Positions 34,720 through 47,539 of a DNA stretch of 64,000 nt are shown piece after piece. Below the pieces are notes generated by a model. It was not told the DNA's origin and ran no database searches. It saw only the letters and a list, made by a program, of their open reading frames with translations. Within the stretch, counting starts at the first letter, position 1; each line of letters starts with the position of its first letter. A program made the position numbers and the translations under genes. The DNA lies in NCBI RefSeq assembly GCF_011386835.1, contig NC_088802.1:2232001-2296000 (forward strand), written 5' to 3'. Source of the stretch: Chrysemys picta bellii. Its lineage: Eukaryota.

Positions 34720-36060
34720 TAGTTACTAGGGTGATAGTGAAATGTCCCTTTCTGGCCACATGGCCTGCATGTGGCCTCATTAATCAGGGTATCTGAGGGG
34801 AACCCAGCTCTCACAGAATAACGGGATCAACCTCCATGCAATTAATGTCCATAGTGTTCTAGGGGCAAACAGTTCTTCCTCTGTTAATTTAAAGAGCACG
34901 GAGTGTCAACAACTGCTACCAGCAGGGACCCTCCCAAACCACCCTGCCTGTCCGTCTTTGGTGCACCATGGAGAAATATCACTTTGTGTTTATAAATTCT
35001 GCACCCTGGTCGGGAGCGGGGCAAAGGAGAGGCACATGGTTCCCATCAGATGTCCTGACACAGTTTGGGAACCCCATGTGTGCAAAGCCACCAGTGATTT
35101 CCTGAGCATTACCCAGCAGCGTGACCTGGTTGGCCAGCACCTTGTCAATGGCACAGCCGTCCTGCCTGGGCATGGCCCCAAGAGTTGATCTCCCTGTGCC
35201 GAATTGGTTGGCTACAGACCAGTTACGTGGTGGGACGGCCAACTTCCAGAGGGCAGCGGTGAGCCATTTCTCCATGTGTGTGGGCACCGTGTGTCGCTAC
35301 GTGTCGCTGAAGCTCCGGAGTCCGTTCTGCACAGAGCTCAGACTAGGTAACCTTCCCCAGCCGGAGATTGTCTCACCACTGCTGGGTCGCCCCAGCCCTG
35401 CAGAACCGTCCTCTCCCGCCGACCTACGCCGGGTTCCCGGGCCCAGAAACAGCACTGAACCCTGTGTAGCTGATACAGGAACTGGTCAACAAGTTCCAAC
35501 AGCTCAGTATTGTCCTCTGCCTCCTGGTGCCACCAACACAGTGTGGTCTCAGCCGTAGAATATTCTCCTGCTCCGGCATCATCTGCTCGGTGGTGCAATG
35601 GGTGAAGTCCAAGGACAAATTGTCCAGCTTTGACTGCTGTAATACAGCCCAAGCTACCTCTGTGTACTGGCGGTTGTCCCATGGCAGAGGGGAGCAGTGT
35701 TGGATCCAGGCTGGCTGGCAGCAGGTTGACAATGGTGGAAGCCCAGGGTGAAAGGAACCACGGGGGTGCAGACAGTGGAAACCTGGGACTTTAAAAAAAA
35801 AACATTTGAACCCACCTGGCTTCCCACGATACACAGCAAAAGCAATCCCAGGATGCTCGCTGCTCAGGAGTGAAGCAAAGGACCCTGGGATGTCCCTGGA
35901 GGATGCTCTGCCGTCAGTGCATAGCAAATGGCCGCTGTGTGTTCCCATGATATGAACTGAAAATGGAACGGGAATGGGCCGTGTGTGGGCACGCGATTGC
36001 ATCCTGCAAGTTACCCGACATGCATCAAAGAACTTGGGATTACAGGCCCCATGTAGACAC
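34720..36060 (-). pseudogene. PIF/Harbinger transposase relic
   Basis: Fragments CFWARE, ALWKLA..SVANQFGTGRST..GFAHMGFPNC..DGNHVP..EFINTK and a DPAYPL-like region; TIR-like GTGTCTACA at ~36060. Confidence 0.8.
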
Positions 36061-36064
36061 ATAT

Positions 36065-38455
36065 TTAGTCCCTGCCAGACACTTTGTAGTTCATGAGAAG
36101 TCTAGCAATCCATGGCCAACCTCCTGACACCTGAACCGTGTACTGGATTCTCCCCTCTTCACCTTCACACACGGTGATTAAATTCTCCCCCCACCCGGAG
36201 ACAAACTCCAGCTCCTGCCCATCCCACCGGATCAGCAGCCTGGCGTTCTCCAGCACGCACCGGGGCTCCTGGCAGAAACCCTGCCAGGCTCGGTCAAAAC
36301 AGGTTCTCAGGGCGTCAGTGTCTCTATGACAGGACCCCAGTTCACTCAACACGCTCCGTAGGGTGTCAGCACTCAGTGACAGCCGGCGGGCGCGTAGCTG
36401 AGCCAGGTACACATGCACTGGGATCTTCACAACACGGTACTGGGCTTTCCTGTCCCTATAGCTCACGGAGATCTCACACTGCCCCTCCCCTGAGAGGAAC
36501 TGCAGGCTCCCCCCATCCCACCGGATCCTCATCCTGGCGTTCCCTTGCACCCACGGGGGCTCCTGGCTGAACTGGGAAATGGCCTCCCCAAAGCAGCCGC
36601 TCAGCTCCTCACCCAGCCCCCCCCAGCGCCACATTCTGTCCCGCACCCTCGCTAGGTCTGCGACACTCAGCGGTTCTGAGCTGGCATGTGACCAAGTCAC
36701 TGGCCTGTCCCCTCCCAGCTCTGTGATGTGATACTGGGGTCTCCCATCGGCGAGGAGCACCGAGATCTCACACTGCCCCTGGCCGGAGACAAACTCCAGC
36801 TCCTCCCCGCCCCACCGGATCAGCAGCCTGGCGTTCTCCTGCACACACCGGGGCTCCTGGCAGAAACCCTGCCAGGCGCAGTGAAAACAGGCTCTGAGAT
36901 CATCTCTGTCCCCCATACATGACCCCAGTTTGTCCCGCACTCTCCACAGCGTGTCAACGCTCACTGGTTCTGGGCGGGCGCGTAACCGAGCCAGGTACAT
37001 GTGCATAGGGAGCTCCCCAACCTCGTACTGGGGTGTCCCGTCCCTACAGTACACAGAGATCTCACACTGCCCCTCACCCGAGAGGAACTGCAGGTTCCCC
37101 CCGTCCCAGCGGATCAGCAGCCTGGCGTTCCCCTGCACACACCGGGGCTCCTCGCGGAAACCCTGCCAGGCACAGAGAAAACAGGCTCTCAGAGCGTCAG
37201 TGTCTCCATGACAGGACCCCAGTTCACTCAACACTCTCCGTAGGGTGTCAGCGCTCAGTGACTCTCGGCAGGTGTGTAGCCGAGCCAGGTACACAGGCAC
37301 TGGGATCTTCACAACACGGTACTGGGGTTTCCCATCCTCATAGCGCACAGTGATCTCACATTCCCCCTTCCCCGAGGTGAACTCCAGCTCCTCCCCACTC
37401 CACCGGATCAGCAGCCTGGCGTTCTCCTGCACACACCGGGGCTCCTGGCGGAAACCCTGCCAGGCGCAGTGAAAACAGGCTCTGAGATCATCTCTATCCC
37501 CCATACATGACCCCAGTTTGTCCCGCACACTCCACAGGGTGTCGGCACTCAGTGGTTCTGGGTGGGCGCGTAACCGAGCCAGGTACATGCGCATGGGGAG
37601 CTTCCCAATGTCATACTGGGGTCTCCCGTCCCTGTAGCGCACGGAGATCTCACATTCCCCGTCCCCTGAGAGGAACTCCAGGCTCCCCCTGTCCCACTGG
37701 ATCCCCATCCTGGCATTCCTCTGCATGCACGGGGGCTCCCGGCTGAACTGGGAAATGGCCTCCCCAAAGCAGACACTCAGTTCCTCACCCAGCGCCCCCC
37801 AGCGCCCCAGTCTGTCCCGCACCCTCGCTAGGTCTGCGACACTCAGCGGCTCTGGGCTGGTGTGTGACCAAGTCACTGGCCTGTCCCCTCCCAGCTCTGT
37901 GATGTGATACTGGGGTCTCAGCTCGGTGTGGAGCACCAAGATCTCACACTGCCCCTGGCCGGAGATGAACTCCAGCTCCCCCCCGTCCCAGCGGATCAGC
38001 AGCCTGGCGTTCTCCTGCACACACCGGGGTTCCCGGCAGAACCTCTCCAGGGCGAGGTCCAGGCAGCTGCCCAGCTCCTCGCCCAGCTCCCCGCATCGCT
38101 CCAGTCCGTCCTGCGCTCCCTGCAGGGTCTCCATGCTCAGCAGCTGGGGGCGGGCGCGTAACCTGGCCAGACACACATCCCCCGTGGGCTCAGCGACGTG
38201 GCACTGGGGCTCCCCATCGGTGTCACACACGCGCATCTCACACTCCCCGTCCCCTGAGGTGAGCATCAGCTCTGCCCCCTGGCTTGGGATGGCCCTCCTG
38301 CAGCTGCCCTGTACACCCGGGGGTTTTCTGGGGGACTCACACAGGCCCCGAGCCAAAGAGCTGCTCTGGGGTTTGGCCTTTTCCTCCCACATCTTCACTC
38401 TTGGCTGCACAGTCTGTTGTTTTTTCTCATTCTCCGTTTCCGGAGCCTGAACCAC
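36065..38455 (-). CDS. Uncharacterised tandem-repeat protein, 8 x 98-aa domain (gene B); first in-frame ATG at 38392
   Basis: 796-codon ORF; NAR motif at aa 149, 247, 345, 443, 541, 639, 737 and a degenerate unit at 51; no indels; homologous to gene A. Confidence 0.85.
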   Translation of the reverse strand: MVQAPETENEKKQQTVQPRVKMWEEKAKPQSSSLARGLCESPRKPPGVQGSCRRAIPSQGAELMLTSGDGECEMRVCDTDGEPQCHVAEPTGDVCLARLRARPQLLSMETLQGAQDGLERCGELGEELGSCLDLALERFCREPRCVQENARLLIRWDGGELEFISGQGQCEILVLHTELRPQYHITELGGDRPVTWSHTSPEPLSVADLARVRDRLGRWGALGEELSVCFGEAISQFSREPPCMQRNARMGIQWDRGSLEFLSGDGECEISVRYRDGRPQYDIGKLPMRMYLARLRAHPEPLSADTLWSVRDKLGSCMGDRDDLRACFHCAWQGFRQEPRCVQENARLLIRWSGEELEFTSGKGECEITVRYEDGKPQYRVVKIPVPVYLARLHTCRESLSADTLRRVLSELGSCHGDTDALRACFLCAWQGFREEPRCVQGNARLLIRWDGGNLQFLSGEGQCEISVYCRDGTPQYEVGELPMHMYLARLRARPEPVSVDTLWRVRDKLGSCMGDRDDLRACFHCAWQGFCQEPRCVQENARLLIRWGGEELEFVSGQGQCEISVLLADGRPQYHITELGGDRPVTWSHASSEPLSVADLARVRDRMWRWGGLGEELSGCFGEAISQFSQEPPWVQGNARMRIRWDGGSLQFLSGEGQCEISVSYRDRKAQYRVVKIPVHVYLAQLRARRLSLSADTLRSVLSELGSCHRDTDALRTCFDRAWQGFCQEPRCVLENARLLIRWDGQELEFVSGWGENLITVCEGEEGRIQYTVQVSGGWPWIARLLMNYKVSGRD

Positions 38456-39800
38456 AGCCCAGCCTGTGACTTGTACGTTACCCTAGACTTCTCCCCTCTC
38501 TGACCATGGAGACACACCCGCACCACGGGCCCGAGATCCGGGTCACAGTTTGGTTTTGTGTTGCCCTTAGTGGGGCTCTAGATCGGAGTCCTGCAGAGCG
38601 GGGCTGAAACGGGCTCTCAGCTCATCCGTCGCGTCCCCCTGGGATTGCAGCTTCCACCAGGTTCCCAGGGCGGAGCAGACGCAGGTCGCATGGATCCATG
38701 GTTTCCGGAGCATCCTCCTCCCAAGGGCCTCCGCTCAGCTCCTCTCCTGTCCTGCTCCAGCAGATACTGAGGAGAAAACAGGGGAATATTAGGGCTGGTC
38801 AGGGGGAGAGTCTGGAGTCTCCCAGAGCTGTAGGCCTCAGCCCCAGGCAATGGCCCATGGAGCAGACACAGGAGAGAAGTTTTTCTGTCTGTAATGGCAC
38901 CAGGCCGGGTGTCCAACATGCAGCCCGGGGCTGGATCCAGCCTTCGCTCTGCGTTTACGTGGCTGCACAACATGTTCAGCTTGTGCAGGGTTTGGGAGCG
39001 GAGACACTAAAGGAACGAGGGGCTGTGACGCTGAGTGTCACCACGCCTGACTTTCAGGTGTCTGGCAGATCACTGCCATTCACCGCGCCTGAGTTTGGTG
39101 CCTTGGCTCCTATACAATGAATGGGAAGAGCCAGGTGCTTGAGACTTCGATTCACACAAAAGCCAGCAGGTTAGGTAGGGGGACACGTAAGTCAGCCTGT
39201 CAAAATCTGCCCCTTACTGTTACATAAAGGCCACATCCTGCCATTGACCTGAGTGCGAGACCTGCTGTGCATTGTGGGAAGTGCGTAGTTCAGAATTTAA
39301 ACCCCAGCCCAGAGATCACAGCCCTAGAGGGAACCCGGCCCTGTGCTCTGAATGAGTCTGAAACCCCTGCCACAAGCGTTCTCACTTGTGTGAGAACATC
39401 TCACCCCACTGTGTCTCCTCCTGTTCTTCATCTCCTGTCCTCCTCCCCTGTGGTCTGAACGTTTCCATATCCCTGTACGTGTGTCTCTGCTGCCTGAACC
39501 CCTCTCCCCCTGCCACCTACACGCGTTTCCCTGCTAGCTCTGTCACCTGCATTCTCTCCTCATCTTCCTACACACCAGCTGTTTAGCAAAGGGGCCTAAA
39601 TACGTACATCCCATGCGGATGGGTCCCTGAAAGGCTGGGCCACTGGGGTGGTGGAGTGCTGCAGCGTTAAAGCCAGGAGCAGTGGGTTTAAGGGGGTGAG
39701 GGGTCTCTAAAGCAGGGGGTTTGGGGAAGGGAGTCCCTGTCCTGTCCTCCTTGAGCAGAGCAGGTGGAAGAAAGGATGCGACATGCAGAGTTCTCCTGTG

Positions 39801-40646
39801 ATAAGAACATAAGAGCATAACATAAGAATGGCCATACTGGGTCAGACCAAAGGTCCATCCAGCCCAGTATCCAATGCCAATCACTTAGTTTTTTGAGATC
39901 TTTTTGAAGTTCTTCACAGTCTGCTTTGGTCTTAACTATCTTGAGCAGTTTAGTATCGTCTGTAAACTTTGCCACCTCACTGTTTACCCCTTTCTCCAGA
40001 TTATTTATAAATAAGTTGAATAGGATTGGTGCTAGGACTGACCCTTGGGGAACATCACTAGTTACCCCTCTCCATTCTGAAAATTTACCATTTATTCCTA
40101 CCCATTATTCCCTGTCTTGTAACCAGTTCTTCTTATCCCATGACAATTTAATTTATGTAAGAGCCTTTGGTGAGGGACCTTTTCAAAAGCTTTCTGGAAA
40201 TCTAAATACACTATGTCCACTGGATCCCCCTTGTCCACATGTTTGTTGACCCCTTCAAAGAACTCTAATAGATTAGTCAGACATGATTTCCCTTTACAGA
40301 AACCATGTTGACTTTTGCCCAACAATTTATGTTCTTCTATGTGTCTGATAATTTTATTCTTTACTATCGTTTCAATTAATTTGCCCGGTACTGACGTTAG
40401 ACTTACCTGGTCTATAATTGCTGGGATCACCACTAGAGCCATTTTTAAATATTGGCGTTACATTAGCTATCTTCCAGTCATTGGGTACAGAAGCTGATTT
40501 AAAGGACAGGTTGCAAACCATAGTTAATAGTTCTGCAACTTCACATTTGAGTTCTTTCAGAACTCTTGGGTGAATGCCATCTGGTCCCGGTGACTTGTTA
40601 CTGTTAAGTTATCAATTAATTCCAAAACCTCCTCTAGTGACACCTC
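39801..40646 (-). mobile_element. CR1 LINE fragment, internally deleted
   Basis: RT pieces [28 protein letters not shown] and KFTDDTKL; 3' tail (TTCTTATG)n. Confidence 0.9.
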
Positions 40647-40858
40647 ATAAATAAAATAAAAATAATAAATGAATGGAGATATCCTATCTTGTAGAACTGG
40701 AAGGGACCTTGAAAGGTCATTGAGTCCAGCCCCCTGCCTTCACTAGCAGGACCAAGTACCAATTTTGCCCCAGATTCCTAGGTGGCCCCCAAAAGGATTG
40801 AGCTCACAACCCTGGGGTTCAGCAGACCAATGCCCAAACCGAGCTATCCCTCCTCCCC
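40647..40858 (-). mobile_element. Tortoise PolIII/SINE (tRNA-derived head, CR1 tail)
   Basis: Minus GGGAGGAGGGATAGCTC..GGTTGTGAGCTCAATCC..GGACTCAATGACCTTTCAAGGTCCCTTCCAGTTCT..(TTTA)n. Confidence 0.85.
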
Positions 40859-42229
40859 TAAATGCCTCAGATTTGTCACAGATTGAGTGGGGCTGAAATT
40901 TACCCTCACCGTGAGCTCAACTATAATTAGTATGCAAAAGTTCAAATAAAATGTTACAATCTAAAATAAGAAACGCTGAAGGGAAAAAGGTACAAATGAG
41001 AGACAGAAAGTCAGGAGTTAGTCCAAACAAAGGTGCCTCCTGATACAACCCAAGGATAGAGTTAAAATTCTGCTTGGTAAATGAGAAAATGTGGGTCTGG
41101 AAATTAATGAACCACAATCGGTGGGACGGATATTATGCCTAGTTGGTGGACAAAATAATGAGGGGATGGGCTACTCCTCCCATCACTCCCTTTTTGGGTT
41201 CTCGAAGAGAGAGACTTTGCGGGGGAAATACAGAAGAACAGAGGGAGGCTGTCATCATCATGGCTACCAACCCCCACCCTTTCCTGGGACCCTGGGCCTT
41301 CACCATCCCGATCCTGAGAAATGTTCTGACCAGACCGGGCTAGAGAGTCTGATCCAGATGACACCGCCTGAATCCCAAACACCATCTGAGATGAAAAAGG
41401 ATTGGACCTTAACAACAACTCCAATCCATCTCAACTAACTTCTTTTCTTTTCCCCAAGGGACAGTTATTACCATCTTCGCTACCCTCTAATAGACTGTCA
41501 AACAAACAGGTTTGTTCTTTAAAGATTCTCTCCAGCTAAAGGGAAAGTCAACAGGGGATGTTGTTACGATGAAAGCCTTACGTAATGCTTTCCATTTCCA
41601 ATGCTTCCACTGTTTTTCCTTCTTTTCTTTGTCTTTAAAGGTTTAAAGGATTTTTAATGGGGTGTTTGCCATGAGACTAGGCAGGCTGATGTCTCTAGAG
41701 ACCAAACACCAAACCATAATGCTGGGCAGGGGCTGGGTTATGATAACACCTTTGTAACATGTGTTCCTTCTAAATTAATTCCACAGCCCCCACCCCCAGA
41801 ATGTGGAGCACTTGAGAGCCCTGGTCGTCCTCTCCCCTCTACATGCTTCCCTGCCACTTGGCTCCTTTCTCCTCGCTCCCTTGGATCTACAGGGGTTTGC
41901 CAGACTTTCCGTTCTCCAGAATGCAGAGACATTGTTCTAATTAGACACAGCTTGCAGTAAGGGAGGATTAAATGTATGACAGGTTCATACACAGGGGTCA
42001 TGATGAAAAGTCGCGTCAAGAAACATAAAATTATGGGCATTAGGGGGAATTATGTTTTCTAAGAAGATCAGTAAAATTACTGGGAAATTTTACATGGTAT
42101 TAAAGTTAAATACTATTGTATTTGCTGTCAAATATTAATACTGCTGGTTTAAAAAAATTGCCAGTGGTTTCTTATAAAAGAGAGAAGTAGTTATATGGTT
42201 TGCTGGTACATGCTGACCCTATTGGTTAT

Positions 42230-42660
42230 GTAAAACCAGAACATTTTATCTAATCCTGCTCCTTGGAATTTCTCCTTATCGTGTAGTTATTGCATCCGTA
42301 TGATTCAAAGTACAAATTTCAACCATCCCTTCCCTGGCAGAAGGATTTCCATTGGTTGGGGGATAACATGTGATCCTTTCCTAATTACACAGATGAAATA
42401 TATGTTTGAATTGTACATAGTAGAGACCACCTGACCTTTGCTATGGAGAATTGCTGACCATCAATCTGCCGTTAGGAAGGGCGGTACCATCTCCCCTATT
42501 GCTGGTCATTTTATAGATCAAAACCATTCTGTTAGCCCCTTAGGATTTGGGGGGGGGGGGGGGTTGAATATAATTTTAGATCAAACAGAGGAGGAGAGAG
42601 AACTAACAAACTTCATCAAAGGGAGACGATTTATATTTAAAAACCTTGTCACTTCTTGGA
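42230..42660 (+). mobile_element. Old Penelope-like GIY-YIG relic
   Basis: CSYCIRMIQSTNFNHPF..ITCD and RIADHQSAVRK..SPIAGHF..NHS..FIFKNL. Confidence 0.65.
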
Positions 42661-43066
42661 CCGTAGGAATTCCCAGATGGGATCAGACCTGTTGTCCATG
42701 TTGCCCAGGCCCTTGTCCCTGAGGGAAGAGGCAAGGAACTCCAAAGTTACCTGGGACCCTAACAGCCCCTCAATCCCAGCTGGCAAAGAGTTCAGTCACA
42801 TAACAGCAACTCCTATCAGATCTGACAAACTCACCCAAACAACCTTAACTCTGCCCTTGTGTCATCCTCCTTAGAACAACTGAAAACAGCAAATAATCCT
42901 ATCCTTATAGAAACAAACATTGAAAAGTCTGAAAATACACAGTGCAAGTCACCAACACAACCTTAACTCTGCCCTCTAGTTGTTATTGTTAAACAGCTGA
43001 TTGTGCATGAAATAACTAACCTCCTCTCCAAACTAGAGTCCTCCTCCTTCAGATCTTCCTCTATCT

Positions 43067-43285
43067 CAGGGGTTCTCAAACCTTTTTTGCTGGGACCCCC
43101 TTTGAAAATATTTCAGGCTGTGATAACCCCTCTATAACAGGCCACCCTTACTTCTGTGCTGCTGCTGGCAGTGGTGCTGCTTTCAGAGCTGGGCATCCAA
43201 TTAGCAGCCACTGCTTTTGTGGCTCACCGCTACAATAGTCTTGCAACCCCCTTTTGGGTCGGGACCCCCAGTCTGAGAAACACGG
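43067..43285. mobile_element. hAT MITE
   Basis: TIRs CAGGGGTTCTCAAAC / TGAGAAACACGG; 8-bp TSD CTCTATCT (43059-43066, 43286-43293). Confidence 0.85.
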
Positions 43286-46247
43286 CTCTATCTCTTCTTC
43301 CTGGCTGAAGCCAGATCAGAAAACAAATGTAGCGTCTCTTGGCCAAACCCATTTTATCCGAGCTATGAAGGGGCAAAAATGTTTGGAAACTTTTTGAAAC
43401 TCTAGAAGAGCTTTTTCCTGGCTCCCCTGAATCTCAGTACTGCCTTGTCTGTTTCACCACAGATTTTCCATGAACATTCTCCCCTTCTAGAAACCCTTTC
43501 TGCCACTTTTCAGGCAGATTGGTTATGTTCTAGTGAAGTTAGAGAGGACACAACTGACCTGAAATTGAAATGAGAAAGTCTCATTTCATGTTTTAACAAC
43601 CACTATTGAAGGGGGAGGATTTACTTATCGTATCCTTTCACTGTGAAATGTAGCTGTTAGCCCTAGAATGAGAGAAAAGAGTGGGGCAAAGGGTCAAAAC
43701 ACCCTAGCACCTGCATCCATGCTGGCTGGGGCAGGAGGGGAAACACATGGCTGAGGATATCTGAATAGCCTGTTCTTCCTGCCCTGGGGACTGTGATTCC
43801 AGGTGGAGGGGAGAGTGACACAAATGACTGGGAGAAGAGAAATTCCTCATGGGATCCCTGGGTAGGAATCCCCTCCTACCCCTATAAAATCTCCCACTGG
43901 GACACTGGGGCCTCCTCCGAGCCCCTTCCCCTCCCAGCACAGACCCCTGCAGCTCAGCTCAGGGATGGTTATTATTTGTGTAGCCACAAAACCCTCTGGT
44001 AACTCGCAGTGACGTCTGCTGAGCTCTGTTCCCAGCCAGGCTAAAGCATCTCACCCCCTTACTAAAAACACCCAAACAACTAAGGGCATCACGAGCTAAG
44101 GTGACAATCCTAATGTTCTGCGCCCAAACAGCCTTAACTCTGCCCCTGCAACAAAACATGCCCACCCTAAAACTGTCTCTCCTAAAGGACATAAACACTT
44201 TAATCCCTCTCTCTTCTCCCAAAGTCAAAGTTATTCATTTAAAAAAACAGTTAATATTGTCAAGTGACAACAAGGTACCTAAACAGCTAAAATGAAGATG
44301 CATCAACACAGCTGTGTTGGGGGAGCCCAGGTCTGGGCTAGCAGTGCCTGCAGGTTGGTATTGAGAGGCACCAGCAGAACTGTGTGGGGAGCCCAGGACT
44401 GGGATAGCAGGGGGCTGTGGGTTGGGATTAAGGGGTACCAGCAGAATTGAGGATTGTGGGGGAGGCCAGGGTTGGGATAGCTCATTGGGATTGAGGGACA
44501 TCAGCAAAACTGGGGGGAGGAATAGCTGGGAGGACAGAAATGTGGGGGGACACAAACATGGGGGACATCTGAGGACAGACATAAAAGGGCAAGAGAGACC
44601 ATGGGATTTAAAGACGAGAAATGAGGGAGACCTCAAAGGCAGAGAGAGATGGGAACACTGTAGGAAGAGAGGGGTGGGTGGGCTAAGCCCTATGTCTTCT
44701 CAGGAGACAGAGAAATGGGAGAACCCCTTTACCACAGGCTGGGAAGGGAGAGGAGAAGAAGCACCCGAAAATGCTGAGGGGTGGGAAGAGGCTCACAATG
44801 TGAGGAGTGGGGACAGGTCATTCCATACCCGGTGCCGGGCGCAGCAGAGGGGCCTCCCGCAAACTCCCACAGGGAACAAGAAACTCCTCAGCGGTGGGGG
44901 CAGTTGGTGGGGCTGGGGGACCAGGGGTGGCTCAGTTCCCATCTCCCAAAGCCAGCGCCTCCCCCCACTCTCTGAAAATCTTGGGTGAAATGCTGGGAGT
45001 TTTCCCGCTGACTTCAGTGGGGCCTGGACTTCATCCTTTTCTGCGTAGGAGAGGGAACAAGAGACAACAGAGAGAGAGACCCTGAGACTAGGTCACCTAC
45101 TTACCGGGTTAGTGAGGATTTGAAGAGAGACCTTGAAATCTCCCTGATTCCTTCCTCTCTTTTAGGGATCGGCCGACGGGCTCTGCTCTGGCCTCAAATC
45201 CCCCATTATCCTCATGACACGTCTTGGTTTCCAAATGCCTCTGGAGCCTTTTCTGGATCAGCACAGACTTTGAGCTCAGGTTAGAGCTGCCCTTTGCCCA
45301 CAACTGGGCTGGGTCAGGAGAGACACACGGTGGAGGACTAAGGGCCTTTCGCCTGCCCTGATACACCTCCCCTGCGGACTTTGATTCCAGGTGGAGGGGA
45401 AAGAGATAAAGAAATGACTGGGAGAAGAGAGACACCCCATGGGAGCCTGGCCCAGCAGTCCTGGATTTCCCATGCTGATGTGTCCCAGTTCAGATGCTGG
45501 CTCCAGCCCCTGCCGCCCAGCTGGGATTAGCTGTTGTTAATTATCGGCCTGTCATGTACCCCTTGCACCAACCATCACGCTGCCCGCACAGCTCGTTAGC
45601 TTATTGATAAATGCCATTCACAGCCACGCTAAACTCTCCCACCCCTCCCTAACACCCAGACATCTCTGCTGCTGTGGAGAGCCCCAGGGGCCGGTCCCTG
45701 CCCAGCTCACCCTCCAGCCGGAGATCCCGGCACAGAGCGGGGTTTTATAGTAATGCTGCTCTTCCAGCTTGTGGCCATCCGGGGGGTTGAACTCTCACAA
45801 CTGGCCCCATCACCTGCTTCTTGCAATGCACAGCAGCCTGCCCACCCCACCCTGAGCATCCCTGCAGAGCTGGGGAGAGGGGAAGACGGGACCCATGGCC
45901 GGGATTCTCTAAGGAACGGGGGAGAAACAGACTCAGATGGGCCTGGGGTGCTGGGAGAGGGGTGCAGAAGAACTAGGCCGGGGTAGTCAATTTTTGTTGT
46001 CAAGGTTCAAATCTCTTGGTCAAGGTACAGTCAAGGTCCAGACTCCAGAGAAACATTTTCCACGTCGACATAACAATAATGATACTCATAAGTAAATAAA
46101 AATATGTTGTGGTCTGTTTAAATATGTCTGGTGGTCCGGATTTGGCCCACAGTCTGCCTATTGACTCCCCTGAACCAGGTGGTGTGAGGAAGAGTTGTAG
46201 AATGAAAGAGAAGAGGCCATGTAATTTACTGGGTCAGTGTATTCCAG

Positions 46248-46640
46248 GTGCCATGGAAACCAAACCTGGCCACAGGGAATCTAGGTGCCATGGAAACCAG
46301 GCCTGAGAGAAACCAGTTGACATGGAAACCAGGCCGCTCAGAAACCTGGTGTCATGGAAACCAAGTTGTACAGAAGTTGGGCTTCAATGACAACGCAAGC
46401 CTCAGGGAAACAGGCCTACAAAAAAGCCAGGTGCCATGGAAACGAGATCTTAGGGAAACTGGGCCTCAAAGAAAACGGGCTGTGTAGAAACCAGGCCTCA
46501 GAAACCAGGTTTCAATGACTACAGGCCTGTGGGAAATTGGGTGCCATGGAAACTAAGCCATAGGGAAACCAGGCTATACAGAAACCAGGCATCAGGGAAA
46601 CTAGTACCTTAGCAACCAGGCTTCAGGGAAAGTGGGTAAC
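46248..46640. repeat. Degenerate array of G(T/C)GCCATGGAAACCAGG units
   Basis: At least 6 CATGGAAAC copies; the same motif at 54376 and 54440. Confidence 0.7.
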
Positions 46641-47539
46641 AGAGAAAATTATTGCCCCAAAAGGCCATCAAGACACCAGGCCCCAGATAAAGCAGCTCAT
46701 GGCGTCAGCTGTCCTGACAGTGTTGGCCAAATAGGGCCCGTTTCCCCCCGGAGCTTACCTAATTACACCAAGGAGGCACAGAGAGACAAGAAGACGGGTA
46801 CCAGGTCCTTTATTTGTCAGTCAGCTGAGAGGGTGCTCCTCGGCTCATGCCAGAAGAGACACACCTTACATGGGCAACATAGGCCCTTTTTATAACCAGT
46901 AACAAACAATTCAGTTCTCATCCTTTTTACGTCATTATGCTGACCGATAGATAATAGGTTACACAGAATACATATATTATTTTGGGGACGGGGGATACAA
47001 GAGACATCTGTTGCGGATACATTTATCATGTTGAAGGGAGAACAAGGTACATCCCTTGACCCTTTGCACTAAATGCCTTGGGGATATATGGGAAAGCGGC
47101 TGCAAACTAACTATTTCTCTCTGTTCCCTCTTCCTTATCTCTATTATTTCTGCTAATATGAGTGAAACTACAGCCATCTGCCAGAAACGCTGACCAATAC
47201 ATTTCTGCTTTAACATGTAAGCAGTTAGCATAGAAGTAGGTGAGAGTTCCCAAGATGGAGTCACTGTGGTTCACAGATAGGCCCAGAGCAAAAGAGTTTC
47301 ATCGACACTTTGGCTTTCCACTCTCCCGAGTTACCTGGTAGCTATGCCTAGTGGATCCCAACAATCCCCCCTTTGAGAATACTCAACAAACCTTTGTCAG
47401 AGTTTTCTCATACTCTAAAGACAAAATGCGATTAAGCTCCATGCAATCAGGATTATCATTGAAAATAAAACCAATGCTCAGGGTTCTCGCGGGGAGTATG
47501 CCGTGACTATTCAGAAAGATCACAACGCATTCCCAGTGA

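Noticed and set aside
40860-41720. LTR-like sequence
   Set aside because: No second copy, termini or TSD identifiable by eye
43700-43900. Local similarity to 45330-45480
   Set aside because: Short, diverged, no ORF or clear boundaries; function cannot be supported
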